A DNA stretch of 64,000 bases from Geosiphon pyriformis uo1 (lineage: Eukaryota; Fungi; Glomeromycota), in contig JAAOMT010000436.1 in the NCBI GenBank assembly GCA_016748015.1, positions 2,063,071 to 2,127,070 on the forward strand, read 5' to 3'. Under the pieces are notes generated by a model. That model ran no database searches, was not told where the DNA came from, and worked only from the letters and a program-made list of their open reading frames with translations. The position numbers and the translations under genes are program-made. This document shows positions 50,245 through 64,000 of the stretch, piece by piece. Each line of letters starts with the position of its first letter. Within the stretch, counting starts at the first letter, position 1.

Positions 50245-53200
50245 TTTTTTTTTACAAGTTTTACAAATGAAGTCCAACTGCTATCTAATATATAGAACCA
50301 AACTAAGTGGAACTAACTAAACACAGCTCACATACTTACTACATGTAACCAGCCACTTGGACCAAACAAGACAATACTACATGTCTATACTAACAAATAC
50401 ATTACCACCTAAACCAAAAAAAAAATGACACAATTTGTGCCTACCAAATCTAACAGCAAAAAATTTCATAATCTCAAGCATACAGACAATTCCAACTGAC
50501 AACATAAAAACTAAACAACAAGACAAGTCTGAAACCACACTATCATCTCTAATCAAGCCAGCTTTTTTCATATTCACCCTATGTTTGGCTCTGACAACTC
50601 ATATCTTGGCATAATACAATTCTACCACAAATCTACTGAACTCTACAAGAGCAAGCACAGCTTTTCTCTTTCTTTCAAAAACCAAAACAGCCTCAGCATA
50701 CTAATTTCTTAACACAAAATTCTTGCAAATAACTGTGTATAGGCTCATATCTAAAAAATGCATAGAAAGTAATCACAAAATAGCAGAAGCAGATGAGCAT
50801 GAAATACCAGACAACAATATCTATTTACTAGCAGCCTTAACCAAAATATTTCCATAAAGATTAGAGTTACCAAAATAAGTAAAACCATGATCAGACAGTT
50901 CTATTTTGTCACACAACAAGCACAACACTCCAGAATAACCCCTGTTATACAATCTTTTCCTAACTGTTACTAGAAATTGTTTATAAACAGCTTTCATCAA
51001 ATATGTGCACAAATTGGCTGACTTTCTACCAGTAAACCCAGAAAGTATATGTAAATCAGAGTGCCAAACCTTTGTAGTAGTTTTTCACTTAATTTTTTTA
51101 ATTATAGCATTTAAAATTATATTACAACCAAGACCAGCTTCTCAATGAGCATGGCAAATTAATTGGTACAGATCATAAACAAAGTGACAAACATTGCCAA
51201 ACACAGCAGTTTTTTCAGCAATCAAATACTTTTCCTAAACTCTAACCAGCAAAAAAAAAGACAAAGACATGGCTTCATTAGTCAATGCATCAGTCCTAAC
51301 ATTGCTAAATACACCAGAATGTTCCTTAACTTTCACTTATATAATAGAAATGTCTTTATTCCTAAGAAGATTGACTATATACAATCTTTCAATCCAACAT
51401 TGGTTGCAGAAGTCAGGCACAATGAAAAAAGCCTCAGACATATAGACATTAATTGCAGATTGGCTATTTAAGTACAAAACTACAGAGCATGAAAACAGAA
51501 TACACTCTAAAGCCAAAGCAACAGCCTACAATTCAGTTAAAGTAGAGGACATAAGTTCAACTACCTTAATCTTAATATCTGCATTTACAGCTGGAAAGTA
51601 AGCAGCTGTTTCACCTGTTACCTCATTAGAGCCAGCACTTTTTAAAGACCCATTTGTATAGATCTCAATGTAATTAAACCACACTTTCAGTAAACCATTA
51701 TGAACATTAGAGAACTTATCAGAATCCAAAACATTAAGCACATCTTTTTCAAGAACAGCAGCAGTTCTAACCCCCAAAAAAACAGAATTGTGCATAAACT
51801 CAAATGTTAACATGAACCAATGAGACACAGAGCCCCTTAGATTCAACTGCTTCTAACACTAAAATGTTTTTCAATCTATTACATCCCGTTTTTTGTCTAC
51901 AAGTCTGTCACCAAATGCAATACCAAATCACTTTAATGATAAAACAGATTTATAATACAAGGACTAACCCAAGATAACAGACATTGGAAAATTGCCAGGC
52001 TCATAAAAGACACTAGGCAGATTGTTCACCAAAGATAACTCATTATTCAGCAAAATTTTTACCACCCCAGCCAAGAAATTGTTTATAAGATTAACATGCA
52101 ACCTGACAGGAAATTGTAAAGAATTTAGAAAAAACCATCCCAAAACTTGTAAATCCAAAAATTTATGATCAAATAAATGTCCAAAGATGTCACAGTCATT
52201 GGAAAATGAAATCAGTGAAGCCAGTTTTCTCTTAGACTGCACTTGCTTAAAGAGTTTTAAACTATACAGAAAAGGATGATGCAAAATCTCCTTGGAAAAA
52301 TCACATGGTAAATCAGTCTTGGCTCTAAAACCTTTTTTAATTATAGTATCCTACTTATAACATATTTTCAAAGAAACAAAACTAAATTGTATGCAAAAGC
52401 TAACAATGGACTGTAAGACAGCTGAAACCAAGTAACAAAATTGTTTATCTGTAATAATCTTTCTCAATACTATGTTAATAAAAAACCTGACATCTTTATA
52501 AGCTTGAGCCAAACTGGGTTTAGAGAAATCTTCAGTTGATAAAAAGATACCCAGATATCAGTATAACTCATTCTTTTTAGCAATCAAAATTGGCAAGCCA
52601 TTAATCAACAGTAAAGTATTCTTAACATCTTGATTGATAAGAATAGTCATTATCTTATCATTATTAATTAAAATATTATTGACCTCAAAAAACTCACTAG
52701 GAATGTTCAAAATATACTGCATAGAAGTTTGACAGCTTTCAATCCAAATCATATTATCTACAAAGACATCAGAAGCCAAAAAAAAAGTTTTTTTTCCAAC
52801 TGTCTTAATCTTGTCAGACTTTACCACAAATTTAGTATCTATTTTGTATCTGCACAAATGCTCATGTCTTTTTACCTCATCCAAAAGTGGATCATAAAAA
52901 ATCCTCTAAAAGAGCAGAGAAAAAACCTCTCTTTGATCCAATCCATCATGTATTCTATAATTTTTTGAAAGCCCAAAGTCAGTTATTACTCTGTTAACCC
53001 TATCCTTATAAATGTCACCAAAAAACTAAATGAACTGCTTACACATTTTGATGTGATGCAAGCTTGCTCTCAAATAATGCCAGTCTACTGAATCATAAAC
53101 TTTGTGCATATCTTGCAAGACCAATCAAAGTTTTCTATTTTTTTCTAGAGCATCTTTAACAATAGATTCAATTGCAAAAATAGAAGACTGGATAAAAGTA

Positions 53201-56200
53201 CTCTTCAACACCAAAAAATTATCACCACAAAGAACATCAAATTTGCTACAAGCCAAAAATATTCAGTTAGAAAAAATCTTAAATAAAATTTTATGTGCAG
53301 TATTGACTAATGTGATAGTCTTAATATTTGTTAAAACACCATTCCATTTATAAGGTTTTAGGATTATTAAAACCCATGCTCTCTTTCAAATAGCTGGAAC
53401 TATGTCCAAACTCAAACACAAATTTAGCAGTTTTAAAAAACAGGCCAATACTTTTTTATCACAATGTTTCCAAAGTTCATTAGGTATTTTAAACAACCCA
53501 GCTGCTTTATTATTTGGCAAACTATTAATAACTAAAGACAATTCTGCCATACCAATCTTTTTTATTATACTGAAGAAAGCATTACTATCTACATAATTTA
53601 GAGACATATATTGTCGAGACTAAAGATTAAGTATTTTTGGAAATACTGAACACTTCTTTATCTATCCTTTCATAATTTTATCGATCTTAAGCTTAATTTC
53701 ATTAGGCTCAACCACCAATACATCATCTACTACCAAGTGATCTAGAACTACTTTGCAAAATGGACATTCTAAGATGCTTCTTATTATCCACTTTTTGTTA
53801 GAACAGAAATTTTTTATACAATGATCAATTATTTTTTTAATAGCAATATCTTCAGCAATCTTAAACTCACAATACTTAAATTTCCTGTATCTTTTCCTCA
53901 CTACTAACAAATGCTTAATTAGATCTATTAAGCTTGCACCATCTAGTATTAAACCAACAACCATGAACACTTTGACTTTATTAATATCTAACCAGACTTT
54001 TACAAAGTGGTCAAAGTTTAGAAGATTACCAGAATTCTGATATTTCACAATCTTAGCAATAAGCAGTTCTAATTTGAAGAATTTTGAAGATTGTTTATTT
54101 CTTGAGCAATTATACTTGTTATACCAAATTTTAGAAAACACCACATTAACAGTTTGTACCACAGCTTCTTCTAGTATTTTCCACATTATATTTAAGTCAT
54201 TATTGTCTTTTGTACTCTCAAACATGTCTGATTTGACCAATAATTCAGCAGAAGAATGGTTTTTAAAGCCTAACCATTGAACATTATCTGTATCTCCCAA
54301 TTTGAACTTCTATCAGCCTCAATTGGCTTGCTTGCAAGTACTAATAAGATGAGCATCCAAGAGTTTACCCAAACTGATTGAAACTGAAACTGACTTGTAA
54401 TCTGTATCAAAAAATTTTGACACATCATTGACTTTGTGCAATGTAATTGTAAATGCCAAATTTCTACTTATGAAAACAAAATTGATCACTCTTTCAACAC
54501 CTCTAGAATTGTTTTAAGTAGAAGCTTTGGCCAATAAATGTCCATTAAAAGTGTTAACCAGGTCTAAACCCAAGCAGAACTTGAAACTTGCACTTCTCTT
54601 AGATCCATTTTCATTAAAATTACCACCCAAAATCATGAAAAAACTGGAATTGACAGCTTTGGAAATCATAAAGTTGATATCAACAGCTTAACCAAAGCAT
54701 GTGCCAACTGAAGCACCAGTATAGAGACCCAAGATTGTAACTAAAAGTTTATTTTTGAACAAAAGACACACAAAAATCAAACAATCAGAAATCTTCTCAA
54801 TCTTTAACACATGTTAAGCCAAAAAATTATCCATTGTTACAGGTAATTATTTGGGGTCTCAAAGCAAATAACAAACCCATAACTTGGTGTTCAATTGATA
54901 TAATAATGTTGGTTTCTAAAGATTTTTGTGATCTGAAGATTTTGGTTATCTGAAGGTTTTAGTTGAGTTTTTTGTATAATAGACAAAGATTTCAATGTGG
55001 TTTTTTTTCAATGATGTTTCAGATGTCAACCCACAAATTAAAGTAGTTGTTGTCCATTGCTTTCTGGAATCGCAATTCTGTCAATTCTTTTTTTGGCATA
55101 ATGGCCAGCAATCTCTTGGTAAGCTATCCTCTTATAGAGTGTCTACTCTTATTTCTGGATCTTTTACCAGTGCTATATCCTGATATCAATAACTCAGCAC
55201 TTAATCTTTTTAATCAATTAGTAAACAACAAAAGAAAAAAAAATAAAAAAAAATAAAAGAAAATAAAAAAATAAAGAAAATAAAATAAGAAATAAGTATT
55301 CTGTCAATAGCCATGATCAAGAGCTATTGTGTTAGCAAGTTAAGTAGTAGATAATAACATGGATTTAAGGATAATAGATAATTTCATTAATATAAAAGCA
55401 ATTTCATTTCAAGTTATAGTATTCTATCTTTTGAAAGAAAGGTATTTAATAATTATGATCTGTAAGTCTAATTAACTTTGAGAGTCTTACTGACTCTCAG
55501 TCTTCTTGACTTTGAGCCTAATTGATCAATTTTTTAGCTTCTGATACTACTGCTATATATACATAAATTTATGTTCTACGAGATTGCTTACATTCCCGAA
55601 CAATGTGCTATGATTTCTTGAGCAATGCTCATATTGCTAAGCAATATGCCCTAATTTTCTAACATTGCTCCATATTGTTGAGCAATGTGCTGTAATTTCT
55701 GACATTGCTCCACATTGCTGAGCAATGTGTTCATATGTTAATTACTACTCTTTTATTGGTTTATTATTTTTTATATCTGTTTTTCTTTATAAGTAATATT
55801 ATCTCCTTCTTTTAATATTAAGCTTCATTAAAATCTTCTAAATCTCTCTTTTGCATCAATGTTGTTGTTGTAATTTCTATGGCTATTTGTAATCTAATTT
55901 TGGGTTTTTAACTATAGTGGTTTGTCCAGAATATCAATTTCAAATCTTGTATCTGTATTATGTGCATGTTTAGACATAATGTCCTTATTATTATCATTGA
56001 ATTTAGTTAATTCCTGCTCTATTTGTAAGATTTAAAAGCATGATATATCATTCAGTGTTTGAAACAGAGTTTGAATTGTTGTTGCCATTAAGAGAGTTTG
56101 AATTATTGTTGTCATCAGTGGAGTTTGAATTGTTGTTGTCATTAACAAAGTTTGAATTGTTGTTGTCATTAACAGAGTTTGAATTATTGCTGTTATCAGT

Positions 56201-59200
56201 GGAATTTAAATTGAAATTAAGTTTTGATTTTGATTCCTATTTGTTCTTGCTGATTGGTTCTTCTTCGAATATATGATGTATGAAAGTGAATTGTGATTAC
56301 ATCCCATTATTTTGACTCAAGACCATCAGATGAGTTTTTCTGATTTATTGGTACTGTGGGAATTAGGTTTTATTGGGTTATTGGAGATAAGTTTTCTTAT
56401 ATAATAGTGATGTTTGGAATTTATCAAACTTCAAATGTTTGGGTTTTTGAATAATTCCCAGAGTTTGAATTGCTAAAGGTTTAATGAGTTTTAACAACAG
56501 TAAGTTTCTTTGTGCAATAATGGAATTGGAATTATCAGGTTTCAAATGTTTGAGTTTTTGAATGATCAGTTCTTAAATAATCAGAGTTTTAACAAGTTTA
56601 TTAAAAATAAGTTTCAAATGTTCAGGGTTTTAATGATCGGGTCTTGAATAATTAGAGTTTAACAAGTTTTTAACAAATTTATCAAAGATAAGTTTTGAAT
56701 GTTCAGGGTTTTAATGATTGGATTTGGAGTTTTAATTTAACAAGTTTTAATGAATTTATCAATAATAATTTCGAATGTTCAGGGTTTTAATAATTGGGTC
56801 TTGAATAATTGCAGTTTTAATTTAACAAGTTTTTTAATGAATTTATCAACAATAAGGTAAAATAAAGATTTTACAAATCTTAAGTGATTTTCTCTTGTTT
56901 TCTCTTGGTCTGCCACTTTTCTGCATAGTTGTTGCTAGTACTGGTTCTCTGTTAGATTATACCTCACAAAGAGCACCAAATGTTATAGGTGATTATTTGG
57001 GGTCTCAAAACAAATAACAAACTCGTAACTTGGTGCTCAATTGATATAATGTTATTGATAATATCTGTAGATTGTTTGTGATCTGAAGGTTTTGGTTATT
57101 TAAAGGTTTTGGTTGAGTCTTTTGTATAATGAACAAAGATTTCAATGTGGTTTTCTTTCAATGGTGTTTCAAGTGTCAACTCATGGGTTAAAGTAGTTGT
57201 TGTCCATCACTTCCCAGAATCACAATTCCGTCAATTCTTTTTTTGGCATGGTGGTTGATAAGCTATCCTCCTATAAAGTGTCTACTCTTATTTCTGGGTC
57301 TTTTATCAGTGTTATATCCTGACATTAGTAACTCAGTGCTTAATCTTTTTAATCAATTAATAAACAACAAAAGAAAATAAAATAAAGAAAAATAAAAGAA
57401 AATAAAAAAATAAAATAAGAAATAAGTATTCTGTCAATAGCTATGATTAAGAGCTATTGTGCCAACAGGTTAAGTAGTGAATAATAACATGAATTTAAGG
57501 ATAATAAATAATTTTATTAATATGGAAGTGATTTCACTTTTAATTATAGTATTCTATCTTTTGAAGGAAGAGTATTTAATAATTATAACCTGTAAGTCTA
57601 ATTGACTCTAAGAGTCCTATTGACTCTCAGCCTTCTTGACTTTGAGCCTAATTGACTAATTTTCTAGTTTCTGATACTACTGCTATATATACATAAATTT
57701 ATGTTCTACAAGATTGCTTACATTTTTGAACAATGTGCTTATGTGCTAATTATGATTCTTTTATTGGTTTACTATTTTCTATATCTGTTTTTTTTATAAG
57801 TAACACCATAATTATAGCAACACCAGCATTATGAAAACCCACATCCAAATCAGCAGTAAAAACCTAGATTCTATCAAACTTATTTATAATCCAAGGCCTA
57901 ATGTTAGACCTCAATTTTGTTTTAGTAACAATAAAAACCATATTACTCAATTCTTTATGCCAATGAACAATGTCTTTTTGCTTAGCCAAATCTGTTATAC
58001 CCTTAATATTACATGTGGCCACCTTCCAAATGAGCTCACTTATTAAGAAGAATAATGTATTAAGAAACCTGAATTTACATACAACAGATCTAACTTCTCC
58101 AAAATTGAGCTAATAGAAACTTTAAGAGCTATCATCTTAGATTCTAAACTACCAATCTTGAAAGTAAAAACTTTTGAATTATTCAGACTCAAATCTACCA
58201 TCTTGTCTTCTATTACAGGAAATAGAAGAGAGAAAGATGGCCATGGGACATCCAAAATCATATCAGCATCTGACATTAACAACATAAGAGCAGAAACAAC
58301 TAAAAGTTTAACTTGAAAGACAAGTATCAGGAGCACCAGCTCCATACCATTTAATCTGTACACAATATCTGACACTTGATCAGCCAGCAATTCCAAAGAG
58401 TATTCCAGTAAAGCCAGATAATTACCAATTAAGAAATTATTTTGAGCAACCAGAGTGCTCTTTTTGTTATATGAGGCACCAAAAAAAGAAGAACCAAACC
58501 CAAAACTGGAACTGAAATAGGAACCACCAGAAAAAAAAACAAAAAAAACTACCTGTGTCCAAGACTTGCCACCAAAAGCAGCAGGACAGGAGATAAGAAT
58601 ACTTTTCTTTGTATACAGCTTTGCCAATTGAAGATGGTGCATTTTTGAAGTGACTCTTTTAAAGATTTTTGAAGACTTAGAGATGGATGTAATTAACACA
58701 TCACACTTTAAAGCAGAATGACCAAAATGCCCATACTTCTTACAACAAACCAAATCCAACTTAGTCCAAAAAAGTTTAATGCCACCAAATATTGGCTCAG
58801 TGCAATATGCAGAATCCAAATTTTTATCAGATTCAAAACCAATCACAACACAGTAAATTCAGTTGCCAGTATCAAATAAATGATTAATAATGTATGTTTT
58901 ATTACAATCTTATCCAAAAGAGTGCCCAAATTATGAGCAGTTGTTTCCATAGGCAAAATAAACAACAAAGCCCTGAATTAATTCCTTGATGCCCAAGTAT
59001 CATGATCTTTTACAGTCATAACTACATGCACTGAATCTTTACCAATCAAAAAAGACCATTTAACAACCAACTGTTTAGCCTGACTTAATTTGGTGAATTT
59101 TACCACAGCCTTCTGCCACATACCAATCAGCTGAATTTTGATTAACTTAATTTCACCAAATTCAGATACTACAGTGATGATCATTTTTTTTGACATATCT

Positions 59201-60042
59201 ATGAAAATTTCTTTAATGACCACAGCCTGATCTGAATGTATTCTTTGTTTTTTGATATTAATGTTTGTGATAATCTCATTCTCTTCAGCCAATGAAGCAG
59301 TCTTTTTCATGTTGATCTCAGAAGTAAAGATAGATTTAATAATCCCTTCAAATTTTGAGAGAGTAGTGGCCCCCCAAAACTATTGATTAATGAAAATAAT
59401 TTTCTAACAGCCTGTGTCTTTACCATAACAGATTTCCCTTTCACAGTACTAAAATTAATATTAAAAGCAAAGAATTTTTTGATTAGATACCTCAACCTGA
59501 GTTTTGATAATTTTTGGATTAACCCACTTTTTGTTAAGAAATATTTTAAGAAAAGGAGAGAGAAGATCACTATCTTCATCCATGCCATAATTAATTAAAC
59601 TAAAAGGGGAGCCACAGACCAGACCAGTATTAATTCTTTTGGCTTTAAAGGTGTTTACTGCCAAACTAAGAAGAAAGCCATTGCCAACACCAAATAAAAC
59701 ATCATTATCTCTACTATTACTGAAAACACTGTTTATATCTGAATAGACACCATCATTATAACTAAATTTGACCAAAAAAATATCTTTTTTATCTCCAGAA
59801 TGCTTGATATTACCAACTAAAACTTTTTTTTTGGAAAAAAATACCACCAACTGAACTATGAAGAGCATCTTTTAGAGTCTTTTTCTTAAACATACTGCTA
59901 TTCAAAGCAGTTTTTAGGTTCATTACAAAAGGGTTATTAGCTTGAGAAATGTTGAAAATAATAAAACAGGTAAGATAAAAAACAAAAACTTTTTATTTAA
60001 AAAATTGCTCTTGGGAGAATTTGGATAAAGGAAAGAAAGAAG
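50245..60042 (-). mobile_element. LINE-3, full length (ORF1 ~59893..58043; ORF2 ~58046..50377; A-tail 50245-50253), interrupted by F
   Basis: WKVATCN, LQDMHKVYDSV, FVDN, YTNGSL..STLTEL and CLLC....DHGF; pyrimidine-rich 5' end cttctttctttcc. Confidence 0.92.
54835..57805 (-). mobile_element. Non-autonomous LTR element F (2,971 bp; LTRs 56981..57805 and 54835..55798), same interior as E
   Basis: TSD CCAT; PBS tggtgctctttgtgagg; PPT; same gag scrap, tandem array, 30-bp repeat and dUTPase scrap as E. Confidence 0.92.
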
Positions 60043-60264
60043 TTTTTGTATATTTTTAATAATATAAAATGTTTTAATATTTTTAATTGTTTTTTTATTA
60101 TTTTTTAATTATTTTTTGTATTTTTAATATTATTAAAATTTTTGTACTTTTTTTATTATTATGTTATTTATAATATTAATCTTAATATTGTTTATTTTTT
60201 TTATTTTTTATTTAAATAATATTTTTTTTATTTAAAATTAAGAAATTACATATAATATACAAAA

Positions 60265-63178
60265 AAAATCTTTTTTTATCAATTCCCTGATCATGATGAG
60301 AGCAAAAGATTTTTTGGAGAAATCACTTTTTTTTTTCTTTTCCTCTTAGTTTATTCAAGCCATTTCTTCTACTGGGCCCCTCTTTGTCATAATGAAACCA
60401 GTTGGCTCGTCTGCTGGTGGTTTTGGCTCGATTTTGGCTGGTCTGGGGACCCACATGAATGCTAAAAAGAACTGTTTGGATAGTGTGTATTTTCATAGTG
60501 CTTTACAAAAGAAACTGAGAAAGCATGTTACTGGAGTGAGTGTTATTAATTTGTCTGCTAGTCCTTTGAGTTTTGAGGATGTAGTGAGCACTGGTAGGAA
60601 GCCTGCTGTGTCTTGAGGCAGTAAGGTGAGTAGTGAAGCTAGTAGTATCAGTGGTTTGTCTGATGTAGAGAACATGAAGAATATGGTTGCCGAAAAAATG
60701 AGTTATGCAGAGTCTGACAATTCAGTGGTTGACAAGAACATGGACAACACAACACCACAAAAAACTCACACTTGAACATACATGTTCGGCCAATTTTTTA
60801 AAGGTCTAGTGTTTACCCATATCAGTGATGTTGATGACAATAATGCTATATTGCTTCCATCATCTAATTTCAGTGATTCCAAGCATCTTCTATTGGCTAA
60901 GTCACGTGTTTTGGAAAAACAGAGCTTTAATTTAACCAAATCTTTCGCTTTTAATATTGAGCTTTCAGCTGTGCCTAGTAAGACTGTTGGTAATAAGTTA
61001 ATCTGTGTAAAAAAAATTTTTTATTGAATAGATGGTTTTGGGGAGCATCAACTTTTTCAAAATTTCCTGGAATTATCAGATCTTCATTTACATCAGAGTT
61101 GAGTTTAAAAAAAGCTAGAGAATTGGCAATTCATGAGAAAATTATGGCAAATAATGATGTCAGGCAAGTAAACAAACTTTTGGATCAGGTAATTGTTGTT
61201 AAAAAGATTTCGGTCGATCTTCCCAAATCAGCTGTGAAATCTGTTTTTTCCAAGTTTAGCAGAGTTGTATCAATTAAGATGCAATTGATTGGCCTGTGAC
61301 AAAAAGCTTTAGTGAAGTTTGAGTCATCTGAAATAGCTAATTTGGTTGTAGCTAAATGGTCTATTTTCATGGGAAAGGATTTTGTTCATGTGGCAAAAGC
61401 TGTTAAGAATAAACAATCATGGGTTTTTAGAGATTTACATCAGATATTGCTTTATACTCTTCCAGTTGGTACAACAGCTCATGATCTTTCGAATTTGTTA
61501 GAATCATATGGTGGGAAGACTTGTTTCATTGGCCATAATCCCAGTTCATATGTGTGTAATAGATGTGTGATTGTGTGTTTTGGTAATGAGGCATCTAAAT
61601 TGTCTGCTATTAGTTCTGTTCTAGTTTATAAGGATGTGAATTTGTGCTGGGCTGGTTTTTTTCTGGCTTGTTGTGCCAAGTGTAAACAATTGGGTCATAT
61701 TTTTATGGAGTGTTCATTGAGTGGGAATTCTGGTGCTTGTGGTAAGTAAGTGGTAAATTCTCAGGATCAGATGCAATTGGCCAACATATATAAGAAGAAG
61801 CAGGCTCCTATTGCTTATCCAGTTTCTTTTGGTGGCAAAACTTGGGCTCAAGTTGCTGGTGGGTCTTTTTCCCATGTGGTTTTTTCAGTCTCTTCTGGTG
61901 TTGGTGTGTCTTTTGGTGGGAAACCATCATTATTGGTGTCTTTCCCTTCTGATGTCTCTGGTTTAAGTGATTGTTTGGCAGCTCTGGAATGCTCTTTGGA
62001 GCTTTTGACAGATCAAGTGTCAGATATTTTAAAAAGATTGAATGGTGTTGAATTGGTGTCATTGGCACCTCTCTCTTGTGTTTTTCTGCTGGCTGTCTCT
62101 GTGCCTAAGATGTTGGTCTCAAACTCAGATATGCTTGTAGATAGTGTGTTGGCATCTTCTAACCCCCTCCCTTCAAATGTTGATGTGTCGGATGCTGGTT
62201 TTGGTTTTAGCATTTCTAAGGTTTTAACTACCAAGGTGGGTGGTTTAGAATCTAAATTGTCAGCTTTGGATGCTTCTGTTGATACAGTTTTGGTGAGATT
62301 GAATTGTTTATATGCTGGTGCTGGTTTTTTGCTCCTTCAATCTTCTTAATAAGCAGTCTGGTTTGGAAATTTGCTACATGTAATGTTCATGGTCTGACTG
62401 TTTCTGCTAAACAAGGAGATGTTATTTGTTGACATAAAGAATCAGGCAATATGGTGTCTTTTATTACAGAAACCAAGTTGCACTCTAGCATTAAACCTTA
62501 GATTGCTGATAGATTTGATGGCATCCATATTTTCATGTCAGGTTTGGATAAGAGGTTTTTTGGTGCTGGTGTGGCCATTATTATGGACAGTTCCTTGGTT
62601 CATCATGTTTCTAAGGTGGAAGAGGTTTCCAGTCGGGTTATTTCTGTTTGGCTCTTGTTTAAGGGCAAGCTTTCAGTCACTTTTTTGAGGTTGTATGCAG
62701 GTGCCTTTTTTGAAATCAGGTATGGTCAGGCTTTTGAGGTTAATTCTTTCATTGTAAGAGCTGTTAACTCCAGCACTTTTGTTGTTTTGGGTGGAGACTT
62801 TAATAAAAATGGATCTAGTAAAAGTGCAAGTTTCAAATTTTGTTTGGATTTGGGTTTGGTCAATTTATTTGTTGGTTTTCATTTGGCTGGATCTCTTATG
62901 TGAAGCAACTCAAGAGGGGTTGAAAAAACGATTGATTATATTTTTGTTAATAGAAACTTATTGTTTGCTGTTGCTAGTCATAAGATTGTTTCAGTCTCAA
63001 ATTTCTTTGACACTGACCATAGGGCGGTGGTGATGTCAGTCAGCTTGGGTGGGCTCCTGGATGTTTGTTTAAATAGCTTGCACAAGCAGGCAAACAGAGA
63101 TCATTGGAAGTTCAAAATCAAAGATGCTGGCTGTGCTCAATGGGCCAAGTTCAAGAATCTCTTGTTGGCCAAGCTCAT
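60265..63178 (+). mobile_element. LINE-4 5' part (ORF1 ~60392..62352; ORF2 endonuclease from ~62349), interrupted by G
   Basis: ORF1 knuckle CAKCKQLGHIFMEC; WKFATCNV, ETKL, GGDFN, IDYI and FDTDH; divergent (5' to 5') to LINE-3. Confidence 0.9.
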
Positions 63179-64000
63179 TGTTACCGGGTGAAAGCTATGG
63201 ATTTGTAATTTTGTAGCAATAACAATAGCTTTCACCTAGAATACACACATTACCATGATTAGGCTACTGACTATAGCATATCATGGGTGTATGGATTATT
63301 TCAGTAAATGGAAGAGCAGAAAGGGGTACGTGATAAGGTCATTAAAAGTGAAAGAAAGTATTGTCATTATTATTTGTTTTTGGGCAAGAACCAGTCTTAG
63401 GTATTTTAAAGAGAAAAGAGAAATCACATCTCTTTATATGTATCAGAAGTACAACCAGCAACAAGGAGTGAAACCAACTACTCAAATAAATACGTAACCG
63501 GAATTCTTTTAATTAGTCATCGAAAGGGTGTGGTGTTCAAATGTCTGCTTTGAAAACAAAGTTATAGAAATTATAAAAGGAATTATAAAAGTCAACCATA
63601 ATTGAAATAGATTTTGCTTAAACTTTTTATTGTTGAGACCACTTTCTAACAATGTGATACTTTATTACTTATTTTTATATTTAATAACTTGTTCGGTGAA
63701 ACAAGACTTAATGTGAAATGGTGATAACACATGATTTGAAAGATCGAAAGTAATAGAACAATTTGAAATGGTGATAACAAGTAAGTAAAAGATCATAAAC
63801 AATGTGATTCCAAATGGTGATAAAGAATATGGGAAGACATACTTGAGATTGTAATGACAAGTATTTAGAGCATAGAAAGTGAAGAGAGAATGTAAAGAGT
63901 AGAGGAAAGGACTAACTGCTCACTATAAAACTATAGCAAAGAGTTGGCTCAGTATTGAACTGATATTTTCCTGAGCTGACAGAGAAGCTGTATATATAGA
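63179..64000 (-). mobile_element. LTR G of a different family, truncated by the window end (orientation inferred)
   Basis: LINE ORF2 stops abruptly at tcat|tgttac; non-coding sequence with a terminal hairpin and TATA-like tatatataca-gc on the minus strand near 63990. Confidence 0.65.

Overview
Fungal genomic DNA. The intron-rich genes and the TE families suggest Glomeromycotina/Mucoromycota, possibly Geosiphon-like; this is inference, not checked. An ~8.2 kb host-gene island (19.1-27.3 kb) holds NOP53, a HemK/Mtq1 methyltransferase, a U5 snRNA gene and an Mbp1/Swi4/Res-type APSES-ankyrin factor. It lies in nested, decayed retrotransposons. Four LINEs retain their 5' ends (the two whose 3' ends are in the window show RNase H), and seven Ty3/gypsy LTR insertions sit in them: two complete ~10.3 kb elements, one partial element, two non-autonomous ~3-3.5 kb elements, one solo LTR and one truncated LTR. 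All seven are inside LINE ORF2. The five with both ends visible have 4-bp TSDs, and six of seven target tetramers fit NCAT/ATGN. The autonomous gypsy has an unusual three-ORF plan. ORF1 is a single-frame, apparently GTG-initiated Gag-PR-zinc finger-dUTPase-RT-RNaseH polyprotein. The integrase follows as a separate ORF, then an unknown ~215-aa ORF3 abutting the PPT. A probable elongator-tRNA-Met PBS is folded into a hairpin. The repeats are inactivated almost entirely by C>T/G>A transitions (RIP-like), while the gene island is spared. All coordinates were read by eye.
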